From NCBI GenBank assembly GCA_050011875.1, contig JBEKIG010000004.1:96001-160000 (forward strand): a DNA stretch of 64,000 nucleotides. Reading direction: 5' to 3'. The position numbers and the translations under genes are program-made. A model generated the notes under the pieces. It searched no databases. It saw only the letters and a program-made list of their open reading frames with translations, and was not told the origin of the DNA. Below are positions 10,452 through 18,469 of this stretch, piece by piece. Position 1 is the first letter of the stretch; each line of letters begins with the position of its first letter. The stretch is from Nitrososphaeria archaeon. Lineage in GTDB: Archaea > Thermoproteota > Nitrososphaeria > JACIWG01.

Positions 10452-10820
10452 TTAAAAACAGATGACAGCATCTGCTTCAAGCGCTAAATCGTTCAAGGTA
10501 GCAGCACCTACGATTCCAGCTTCAGAAATGAAGTCTCCACGTGGAATAGTCAGCAGTTGGCAGCTCTGTTCACACACCGTAAGCTTTACTCCCGCCTTTA
10601 TCGCCTGGTCCATTACTTCTTTGAGCGATGGGAAACCGCCTATTTTTATCTTTTCAGCTTCTCCCTTCTTGACTATCGTTACACCCTTTATTACGAAATA
10701 GATTGTCGCCTCTACGTTCATCATTTCTGCAGTGGCCGCTAGAATAAATGGCGCATATGTGCGTTCTGGTGTGTCAACACCGCTTGTTTGAACATACAGT
10801 ATCTTTTTTTTCTCAGACAT
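10452..10820 (-). CDS. DsrE family sulfur-carrier protein
   Basis: APFILAA, YFVIKGV, VCEQSC, VGAATL; SD GGAGGTGA. Confidence 0.85.
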   Translation of the reverse strand: MSEKKKILYVQTSGVDTPERTYAPFILAATAEMMNVEATIYFVIKGVTIVKKGEAEKIKIGGFPSLKEVMDQAIKAGVKLTVCEQSCQLLTIPRGDFISEAGIVGAATLNDLALEADAVICF

Positions 10821-10844
10821 TTTCTCACCTCCAATTAATACTGT

Positions 10845-11081
10845 TTACTTCACCTTCCTGATTAAAAGCTGAACCCCTTTTCCTGCGGAATTCACGCCTA
10901 ACAGCTCCTGTCCTAAATTCTTAACAAGACTTCTTATATCCGATTCCGCCGCCGGGTCATCAGCGAGCACTTCCAATACTTCGCCAACCTCCATCTTGTC
11001 AAGTTCAATTCGAGTCCTAAACACAGGTTCCGGACAGTAGAAACCTATGCAATCCAATGTTCGGTCTACTTTTTTATTCAA
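10845..11081 (-). CDS. tusA: TusA family sulfurtransferase
   Basis: LDCIGFYCPEP (CPxP), EVLADDPAAESDI. Confidence 0.9.
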   Translation of the reverse strand: MNKKVDRTLDCIGFYCPEPVFRTRIELDKMEVGEVLEVLADDPAAESDIRSLVKNLGQELLGVNSAGKGVQLLIRKVK

Positions 11082-11105
11082 AAAAGACTCGACTCATCGA
11101 TGATC

Positions 11106-11120
11106 AATTACAGTGTTATA
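11106..11120. promoter_or_regulatory. Putative operator (degenerate TATAAC-N3-GTTATA) at the tusA-dsrE promoter
   Basis: Minus strand reads TATAAC-ACT-GTAATT, adjoining a BRE/TATA-like AAAAAGTTATAAAT. Confidence 0.6.
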
Positions 11121-11218
11121 TTTATAACTTTTTATTTGAGTGTAATTATATATATGTAAGCATCCGCTCTCTGAAATAATCTAAAGTTCTAGGTCAAAAT
11201 GCATTTAGTAGATTTCTT

Positions 11219-12310
11219 CTATTTAATATTCGAAAGTGGAACATTTAGTCCTTCGATTACTATTCTACTGTAAAGGTCATATGCTTTCTCTTCATTTTCT
11301 AATCCTTCAACGATCATTACCCCGCTCTTTAGGATACTTGCTTTAAGATCTGATCCTTTATCGAACGTTATACCTAAATCGGTTTTGACTTTGATCTTAA
11401 ACTTGCTCTTTTCCAAAAGTGAAAGAAGATCATTTATTTTCAAGGTTAGGTTTTTTCTTGGTGTTATCATGAAAACCCGTTTTCTTTTTCTACCACAGAT
11501 TTCCGTAACCAGTTGTACTTGAAGAGGTTTCGGCGGGCGTAATGGTCTTGAGCCACATACGGGACAATCCTCTGCCTTTGATATATCGATCGCCTGGAAT
11601 GTCAAAGATCCAACGTCGCAGTAAAATAGTTTGTTCATAAGGTTAGGCGTCTGTCCGAGAATAATCCTTGCAGCCTCTGACACTTCAATACTAGCTATAA
11701 TGTTTATGATCGAAGGTTGGACTCCAACTACGGCACAGGTCGGTAGCATTTGATCCTCTAAGTTTCCTTGAAAACATTCTAGGCAGGCGGTTTTACCGGG
11801 TATTATCGTTGACACGCTTCCGTAGGTTGTAATTGCAGCACCAAAAATGTATGGTACATTATATGCCTGACAAGCCCTGTTTAATGCGTAGCGTGGAGCT
11901 ATATGATCCAGGCCATCGACAACAACATCCATATCGCAGACAATGTCTCCAGCGTTTTCTGAGTTCAAGGATAAGGGGAGAGGTTCCACCTCTATGTTGG
12001 GGTTATACTCGTGCAGCCTTTTCGCTGCGATCTCAACCTTAGGGTAGCCTATGAAGTCTACACCGTAGAGGGGTTGTCTCTGGAGATTAGAGAGCTCGAT
12101 AATATCTTGATCGACCAAACGCAGGTGACCTACTCCCATTCCAGCTAGCAGCAGTGCAGCTTGAGAACCAAGTCCTCCAATTCCGACTATGCAGACTCTA
12201 GCGTTTCTAAGTTTCAATTGCCCATTATAACCCATATCAGGTAGAACAATTTGACGGGAGTAGAATTCAAGTTCATTTTCTGAAAGCTTCTTTGCTTTAA
12301 CCTTAGGCGT
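11219..12310 (-). CDS. ThiF/MoeB/UbaA E1-like adenylyltransferase with extra C-terminal domain
   Basis: GIGGLGS, DIIELSNLQRQ, CLEC...CPVC; conserved YSRQ segment lies upstream of ATG 12235, implying an ACG start at 12310. Confidence 0.88.
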   Translation of the reverse strand, partial: TPKVKAKKLSENELEFYSRQIVLPDMGYNGQLKLRNARVCIVGIGGLGSQAALLLAGMGVGHLRLVDQDIIELSNLQRQPLYGVDFIGYPKVEIAAKRLHEYNPNIEVEPLPLSLNSENAGDIVCDMDVVVDGLDHIAPRYALNRACQAYNVPYIFGAAITTYGSVSTIIPGKTACLECFQGNLEDQMLPTCAVVGVQPSIINIIASIEVSEAARIILGQTPNLMNKLFYCDVGSLTFQAIDISKAEDCPVCGSRPLRPPKPLQVQLVTEICGRKRKRVFMITPRKNLTLKINDLLSLLEKSKFKIKVKTDLGITFDKGSDLKASILKSGVMIVEGLENEEKAYDLYSRIVIEGLNVPLSNIK

Positions 12311-12435
12311 TTTCGTTCACCCCTCTAAAACTGTAACTTAGATGACCTTTTTCAAGAAAACCGATGTAAAACCGGTTTAATCGAGGATTTCGGTACAGCA
12401 TTCAAACTTCTTCCTATGCATTAAGGTCATCAACA

Positions 12436-13590
12436 TCAGGCTTTTATTGGCGAAATCTTCCTTAATTTTTTTACAGTTTTGGGCAAAGCTTCCAGGATGT
12501 AGTCCACATCTTCATCTGTCGTGTACCTTCCCAAAGATATTCTTAAGCTTCCGTGGATTTCTTCTGGTTTTAATCCAAGGGCTAGTAGCACGTGACTCGG
12601 TTCCCCTGAGCCTGATGAGCACGCGGAACCTGTGGACGCAGCTATCCCCTCATCGCTAAGAAGCATGATTAGGGATTCACCTTCGATAAAAGAAAATCTA
12701 AAATTGTTTATGTTTGGTAATCTCTTAGTAGGGTGTCCGTTCAGGTAGGTCCTTTCAATTTCTAACACGCCCTTGGTTAGACGATTGCTCAAAGCTGTCA
12801 GCCTCTGCGCTTCTGACACCATCTCCTCCTTTCTAATCTCTACAGCTTTAGCGAACCCCATTATACCCGGGACGTTCTCAGTGCTGGACCTTAGACCGAA
12901 TTCGTGGCCTCCTCCGTGCAGCAAGGGCTCAATTTTTACTCCTTTCTTTATGTAAAGTGCGCCAACCCCCTTCGGCCCATAAATCTTGTGGGCGTTAACC
13001 GTCATAAGGTCTATGTTCATTTCTTTAACGTCTATGGGAATTTTACCGAAGCTTTGAGCTGCGTCGGTGTGGAAGAAGGCGCCATATCCGTGACATAGCT
13101 TTCCAATTTCCTTCAACGGCTGTATGGTACCAATTTCGTTATTGCCATGTATAATGGAAACCAAGGAAACACCATTCTTCAAAGCTTTTTCAAGTTCCTC
13201 CAGATTTAATAGACCGTACTTGTCGACAGGTAGATAAGTTATTTTAAAGCCCTCTTTTTCCAGCCAAATAGCCGTATTTAGAACACTGTCATGCTCTATG
13301 GTAGATATGGCGATGTGCGTTTTACCATTTTCTTTATTGAGAGCAAAGCCTTTTAGGGTCAGGTTATTCGCTTCAGTAGCGCTTCCAGTAAAGATCAATT
13401 CTTCAGGCTCAGCTTTAACCATTCCAGCAACTGTCTTCCTCGCTTCATCAATGGATTTCCTCGCCTCTAACCCGAAGCTGTGAATAGATGAAGCATTGCC
13501 GTAAATTTCGGTAAAATAAGGTCGCATGGTTTCAAGTACTCTGGGGTCTAAAGGCGTTGTCGCAGCATAGTCGACGTAGATTCTTCTCAT
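12436..13590 (-). CDS. iscS: Cysteine desulfurase IscS/NifS (group I)
   Basis: DYAATTP, HTDAAQ, AHKIYGPKG, STGSACSS. Confidence 0.93.
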   Translation of the reverse strand: MRRIYVDYAATTPLDPRVLETMRPYFTEIYGNASSIHSFGLEARKSIDEARKTVAGMVKAEPEELIFTGSATEANNLTLKGFALNKENGKTHIAISTIEHDSVLNTAIWLEKEGFKITYLPVDKYGLLNLEELEKALKNGVSLVSIIHGNNEIGTIQPLKEIGKLCHGYGAFFHTDAAQSFGKIPIDVKEMNIDLMTVNAHKIYGPKGVGALYIKKGVKIEPLLHGGGHEFGLRSSTENVPGIMGFAKAVEIRKEEMVSEAQRLTALSNRLTKGVLEIERTYLNGHPTKRLPNINNFRFSFIEGESLIMLLSDEGIAASTGSACSSGSGEPSHVLLALGLKPEEIHGSLRISLGRYTTDEDVDYILEALPKTVKKLRKISPIKA

Positions 13591-13639
13591 GACTTATCCT
13601 CTTTTTTAGTATGTGGTCGATCCATTATTCAAGATTTAA

Positions 13640-14689
13640 TCACTCTTTCTTTAACCTAGATCGTGTAATATAACCGTTCACTTTGGCGCCAGCTGGAATC
13701 GAGGAAGTTATCCAGGAGTTTCCTCCTATGACAGCATTATCCCCTATGATTGTTTCGCCTCCGAGAATAGTTGCATCGGAATAAATAACTACGTTGTTTC
13801 CAACTGTAGGATGTCTCTTACGCCCCCTTATGATCTGCCCTTTCTCGTCTTTGGGAAAACTTAGGGCACCTAAGGTTACACCTTGGTAGATTTTCACATT
13901 ATCTCCGATCTCCGTAGTTTCTCCTATGACAACGCCTGTTCCATGGTCGATAAAGAAGTTTCTTCCGATCTTTGCTCCGGGGTGAATATCGATACCTGTT
14001 TGAGAGTGGATATATTCGCTCATTATTCTAGGAATCATCGGAACGCCTCTTATGTAAAGCTCGTGAGTTATCCTGTAGGTTGCGATGGCAAGAACGCATG
14101 GATAACTTAGAATGATCTCGTCGGTGCTCTTAGCAGCAGGATCTCCATCGTAGGCTGCTTGAATGTCTCCACTTAGAAGGGTTCTTATTTCAGGAATCTT
14201 CTCTAGAAGCTCCTTTACAACAACTTGTGCCCTTCTGTAGCAGACATCTTCAGGGCATTTTTTAATCCTTCGGCAAACGTACTTGAGACTTTTCCCTACT
14301 TCATTAACGAGACGAAAATAGATCGAGTTTAAAGTGTTGCCTAGAAAGTACCTAACATTGGATTTTGTTACTTTCTTTTTACCCATGTAGCCAGGGAAAA
14401 TTGTTGCTAAAAGGTCTTCTAGTACCTCGATGACTACCTGTTTCGATGGAAGATCTTTTCCTTCTAGGCTTTTCATTTCCCCATGGCTTTTGTAGCTTTC
14501 CATAATCTCTTCGACGAGCTTTGGTAAACCTTCCTCGACCCAATTTTCTTCCACTATCTTTTGTTCTTTAATAATCATCTCCAGCATTTGCTCTGGACTC
14601 CATGCGTAAGGCATCTCCTCGTTTCGCTCTTCTTCTTTAAAGCGAGATCGATCTGATGTAGACTTCATTTGCTTTCTCATCTTTATCAT
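13640..14689 (-). CDS. cysE: Serine O-acetyltransferase (long type)
   Basis: [32 protein letters not shown] hexapeptide domain. Confidence 0.92.
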   Translation of the reverse strand: MIKMRKQMKSTSDRSRFKEEERNEEMPYAWSPEQMLEMIIKEQKIVEENWVEEGLPKLVEEIMESYKSHGEMKSLEGKDLPSKQVVIEVLEDLLATIFPGYMGKKKVTKSNVRYFLGNTLNSIYFRLVNEVGKSLKYVCRRIKKCPEDVCYRRAQVVVKELLEKIPEIRTLLSGDIQAAYDGDPAAKSTDEIILSYPCVLAIATYRITHELYIRGVPMIPRIMSEYIHSQTGIDIHPGAKIGRNFFIDHGTGVVIGETTEIGDNVKIYQGVTLGALSFPKDEKGQIIRGRKRHPTVGNNVVIYSDATILGGETIIGDNAVIGGNSWITSSIPAGAKVNGYITRSRLKKE

Positions 14690-14837
14690 GAATACAATAG
14701 TACAACACTAAGATAGGGGTCTCCTATATCTTGATTATTTTTTGATTTAAGGGGATTAAAGACGTACTTCAAAACATTTACTGCACCTAAAGTTAAAACT
14801 TTTCTCATGACTTTCCTACTCATATTACGGCTGTGTG

Positions 14838-14856
14838 TTTATAACGCCGTTATAAA
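14838..14856. promoter_or_regulatory. Putative operator palindrome upstream of the cysE-iscS-thiF unit
   Basis: TTTATAAC-GCC-GTTATAAA with perfect arms, overlapping a TATA-like box. Confidence 0.72.
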
Positions 14857-15037
14857 TCTTTTGTTTTTAAAACTTCATATAATTCAAATAAGTAGTTATT
14901 TTTCACTATCTAATTCTCGTCTCTGCCATCTCATCTTTGGAAATTGCATTTTTTTTGCTCGTGATCGATTTAAGTTTTAGCTCAACTTTAAAAATCTTGG
15001 AATAGGGAGTGTGGCGGGATATCTTTCAACAGCGTCC

Positions 15038-15982
15038 TTAGGGTTCGTTCACTTCGGGTTCCTTAAACAGGGTGGTACTCAAATATCGTTCGCCAGTGTC
15101 TGGAAACACAACTATAATGAGCTTACCATCGTTTTCACGTCTCTTCGCTACTTCAAGGGCAGCGTAGCATGCTGCTCCAGATGAGATTCCAACGAGCAAA
15201 CCCTCTTCCTTTGCGAGGCGTCTAGCAATGTTGAAGGCGTCATCGTCTCTGACCTGAAAGATTTCATCCACAATATCCCTACGGAAAACGTCCGGTACAA
15301 AACCCGCTCCTATTCCCTGTATCTTATGGCGACCAGGCTGTCCACCTGAGAGAACAGGTGAGTTTAAGGGTTCAACTGCTATGATTTTTAGGCTGGGCTT
15401 TAACGGTTTGATATATTCGCCTATTCCTGTAACAGTGCCCCCTGTCCCAACTCCGCCAACTACTATGTCTACCTGCCCGTCTGTGTCATCCCATATTTCT
15501 ACTGCAGTTGTTTCCCGATGTATCTTTGGATTAGCGGGGTTCTTGAACTGCTGTGGTATGAATGAGTTTGGTGTGCTTGCTGCGACCTCTTCAGCCCTTT
15601 TGATCGCACCCTTCATCCCCTCAGCCCCAGGCGTGAGAATAAGTTCTGCACCATATGCTTTAAGGAGAGATCTTCGCTCAGCGCTCATCGTATCAGGCAT
15701 TGTCAATATGAGCTTGTAGCCTCTTACAGCCGCAACCATAGCGAGCCCAATACCAGTATTACCGCTGGTAGGTTCGATTATGATCGTATCCTTATGGATC
15801 AATCCTTGTTTCTCAGCCTCTTGAATCATACTCAAGCATATCCTATCCTTCACACTTCCCCCAGGGTTTCTTGACTCGAGTTTCGCGACAATTGTAGCTT
15901 TCAAGCCCTCTGTAATTCGGTTCAGTTTGATTAAGGGAGTCATACCGATGGTCTTTAACACATCATCGTAAATTTTTAGCAT
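15038..15982 (-). CDS. cysK: Cysteine synthase A
   Basis: [39 protein letters not shown]; likely start ATG 15982. Confidence 0.95.
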   Translation of the reverse strand: MLKIYDDVLKTIGMTPLIKLNRITEGLKATIVAKLESRNPGGSVKDRICLSMIQEAEKQGLIHKDTIIIEPTSGNTGIGLAMVAAVRGYKLILTMPDTMSAERRSLLKAYGAELILTPGAEGMKGAIKRAEEVAASTPNSFIPQQFKNPANPKIHRETTAVEIWDDTDGQVDIVVGGVGTGGTVTGIGEYIKPLKPSLKIIAVEPLNSPVLSGGQPGRHKIQGIGAGFVPDVFRRDIVDEIFQVRDDDAFNIARRLAKEEGLLVGISSGAACYAALEVAKRRENDGKLIIVVFPDTGERYLSTTLFKEPEVNEP

Positions 15983-15998
15983 ACACCTTAAGTTATGG

Positions 15999-16013
15999 TA
16001 TAACACTGTTATA
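15999..16013. promoter_or_regulatory. Putative operator palindrome at the cysK promoter
   Basis: TATAAC-ACT-GTTATA overlapping minus-strand AAAGATTTATAA (BRE/TATA-like). Confidence 0.75.
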
Positions 16014-16058
16014 AATCTTTGTAGATTGTCTTGTTTTTAACCAGTAAATGGGAACTCA

Positions 16059-16379
16059 CTATTTTATTAAGGTAAACACAAGGGTGCAAATACCACATAG
16101 GTCTACTTCTACTTTCTTTGACTTTTTTGCATCAGCTATTTTTCCTGCTTCTGAACCAATAATTTTTATTATTTCCTTATTAGCTAACAGTTTTTTAGTC
16201 AATTTTCCACCCCTCTTTGAACTAATATATTGACTAACAGCAGCCTGCGTTATTCCAAGTACCTTAGCTGCATGCGATTGGGAGAAACCGTGTTCTTCAA
16301 CAAGTTCCTTTGCGATAAGTCCTCTTATGGTTGGAAGGATGTATTTTGTCGCTCTCTCACATTTCGGCCTGACAACCAT
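16059..16379 (-). CDS. Archaeal XRE-like HTH regulator (COG2522-like) with Cys motifs
   Basis: PKCE, SQSHAAKVLGITQAAVSQY..KRG, C-terminal CGIC. Confidence 0.85.
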   Translation of the reverse strand: MVVRPKCERATKYILPTIRGLIAKELVEEHGFSQSHAAKVLGITQAAVSQYISSKRGGKLTKKLLANKEIIKIIGSEAGKIADAKKSKKVEVDLCGICTLVFTLIK

Positions 16380-16394
16380 TATTTTGAATTAACT

Positions 16395-16405
16395 TAACAC
16401 TGTTA
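16395..16405. promoter_or_regulatory. Putative autoregulatory operator at the regulator promoter
   Basis: TAAC-ACT-GTTA beside TATA-like TTTTAATA (minus strand). Confidence 0.65.
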
Positions 16406-16542
16406 TTAAAAGTTTGCTTTAAATTCAACACTCAGGTATAATAAAACTTTTGTATAATTTCCATTTCCTCTTTTAAAAGTTGTAAACACAAGGCTTTGAA
16501 TGTTTTTATAGTGAAGTTGCTAGAAAAGTTTAGAAGGTTAAT

Positions 16543-17355
16543 ATGTCTCGGAAAAAAAATGATAAAACAAATTTTATATCTTTAGCAGAGCTAGTTTCTT
16601 TAAGGGGAAAAAGAGCGTTAATTACAGGTTCAGGAATTGGCAAGGCAATGGCCTATAGGTTTGCTGAAGCAGGTGCTAGTCTACAGTTAGTTGATATTAA
16701 AGAAGAGAGCTTAGTTGTAATGAAAGAAGAACTCGAGCAGTTTAGTACGGATATAAGTGTTCATAAGGTTAATCTGTCCAAGAAAGAGGAAATCGACTCT
16801 TTATGGAAAGAGTTAGAAGGAAAAGAGCCCGACATTTTGGTTAACAATGCTGGAATATATCCAACTAAGTCATTTTTGGACGTAGATGAAGCTTTCCTGG
16901 AGAAAGTGATGGATATTAACCTGAACACTGTTTTCTGGATGTGCCAACACATGATAAAAAGCAGGCTGAAAATGGGTGGTGTAATCATAAACATGGGCTC
17001 AATTGAAGCTATAATGCCTTTTAAAGAGGATATGTGCCATTATGATATCAGTAAGGCAGGAATTATGGTTCTCTCAAGAGCTCTTGCTAGCGAATACGGT
17101 AAGCATGGCTTTAGAATAAATGTCCTAGTTCCAGGTGGAATATGGACACAAGGGACTAAGAACCTGGCAAAAGAGGCAATAAAATTCAAACCGAATATCA
17201 TCAAGTCTGGCATAGAATACAACATGAAGACTCCTTTCGGCAGATTGGGAAAGCCGGATGAGATAGCACGTATGGCCTTGGTTCTCGCAACCGACTTGTC
17301 CAGCTACGTTAATGGAACACTTATTGCCGTTGACGGGGGCTTTCTATCAGCTTAA
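16543..17355 (+). CDS. Short-chain dehydrogenase/reductase
   Basis: NNAG, YDISK, VDGG; shortened TGSGIG motif. Confidence 0.85.
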   Translation: MSRKKNDKTNFISLAELVSLRGKRALITGSGIGKAMAYRFAEAGASLQLVDIKEESLVVMKEELEQFSTDISVHKVNLSKKEEIDSLWKELEGKEPDILVNNAGIYPTKSFLDVDEAFLEKVMDINLNTVFWMCQHMIKSRLKMGGVIINMGSIEAIMPFKEDMCHYDISKAGIMVLSRALASEYGKHGFRINVLVPGGIWTQGTKNLAKEAIKFKPNIIKSGIEYNMKTPFGRLGKPDEIARMALVLATDLSSYVNGTLIAVDGGFLSA

Positions 17356-17539
17356 GATGGCTCACTAAAAACAGAATAAGATAAATTTTGACCTTTAGGA
17401 GATTTAGCAACTGGAAACGGAATTCATTTAGTTTCTATAGAAATAATATCAATGTTTTTTTCATTATCAGTTTATTTAATTTGTAGTAAAATTTTTTAAA
17501 TCAACTGATATTCTATGACCTAAGTAGTGTAAATATATA

Positions 17540-17631
17540 TGGGGCCAGTGGGATTCGAACCCACGCTCACCAGCGATCTGGGCTACATGCTCCCCAGGCT
17601 GGCATCTTTGACCAAGCTGGACGATGACCCC
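17540..17631 (-). tRNA. tRNA-Pro(GGG) with 16-nt intron (17576-17591) at 37/38
   Basis: GGGGTCA/TGGCCCC acceptor, CCAGC-CTGGGG..C-GCTGG anticodon arm, TTCGAAT T-loop; perfect BHB (CUGG:CCAG helix, two 3-nt bulges). Confidence 0.93.
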
Positions 17632-17689
17632 GTCAAACGGTGATTGCATTATGTGGTTTATTTGTGTATTGCTTAACCTCTTTTGTGCA

Positions 17690-18469
17690 TTATTTAACAT
17701 CTAACCTAAGATTTCTGAGAACTTTTTCAAAGGTTTCCTGTTTCGGATTCTGTTTGTATTCTCTAAGGCTTTCTATAATAGGTTTAATTTCCTTTATCCC
17801 GAGCGTTCTCCTTACCTTTGGAGAAAGCTTCCCGCCTACAAAGAGACTCTGTGCAAGAGAAGTCACGTTCGAGTATTTCTTATTCGAGTTCGCTGATTCG
17901 AAGTCAAGAATCACAGGTTTATAATTTGGCTTTATAATAATGTGTTTAACTGGGTTACTGAGTTCACAGTGCGCCACTTTATTTTTATCTAAAACAAAAC
18001 ATTGGGAAAGCATGTCTTTCAAAACCCTTCGAAGCCTTCCGGCTTTTCCTCTGCCTTTAAGACCTTCTATAAAGTCTCCGATCCTTTTTCCTTTAATATA
18101 CTCCAACACTAGGAACTCGTCTGTTACATAATACAGTTTTGGCCCCACTCCTAAGGCATTTACCTTGCTGAGAAATGCTCCTTCACCTTTCAGCGTTTTC
18201 CTATCCGAGTCTGTTCTAAGCAATTTGACAGCTGTAAGGCCATATCTTGTTTTGGCAGATATGACTACAGCTGTACATCCTTTGCCGAGCACCTGCAAGC
18301 CGTCAATCTGTGTCTTCCCTTGGATGAAAACTTCCTTTAAACCAACACCCTTCAACTTCCTTATTATTTTATGAACTCTTAAATCATCAACCTTCGGATA
18401 AGAAAGTAAAAGGTTGTATGGTGCAACTGTAAGACTGTTAATCGAAATAGTTTTTTTCTTTAAGCTCAA
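17690..18469 (-). CDS. RIO-like archaeal Ser/Thr protein kinase
   Basis: LGKGCTAVV, AVKLLR, HCELSNP, ILDFESA. Confidence 0.85.
   Translation of the reverse strand: MSLKKKTISINSLTVAPYNLLLSYPKVDDLRVHKIIRKLKGVGLKEVFIQGKTQIDGLQVLGKGCTAVVISAKTRYGLTAVKLLRTDSDRKTLKGEGAFLSKVNALGVGPKLYYVTDEFLVLEYIKGKRIGDFIEGLKGRGKAGRLRRVLKDMLSQCFVLDKNKVAHCELSNPVKHIIIKPNYKPVILDFESANSNKKYSNVTSLAQSLFVGGKLSPKVRRTLGIKEIKPIIESLREYKQNPKQETFEKVLRNLRLDVK

Noticed and set aside
17476-17700. 74-aa ORF over tRNA-Pro (and the 84-aa ORF at 26311-26565 over tRNA-Ser)
   Set aside because: Spurious frames across tRNA genes.
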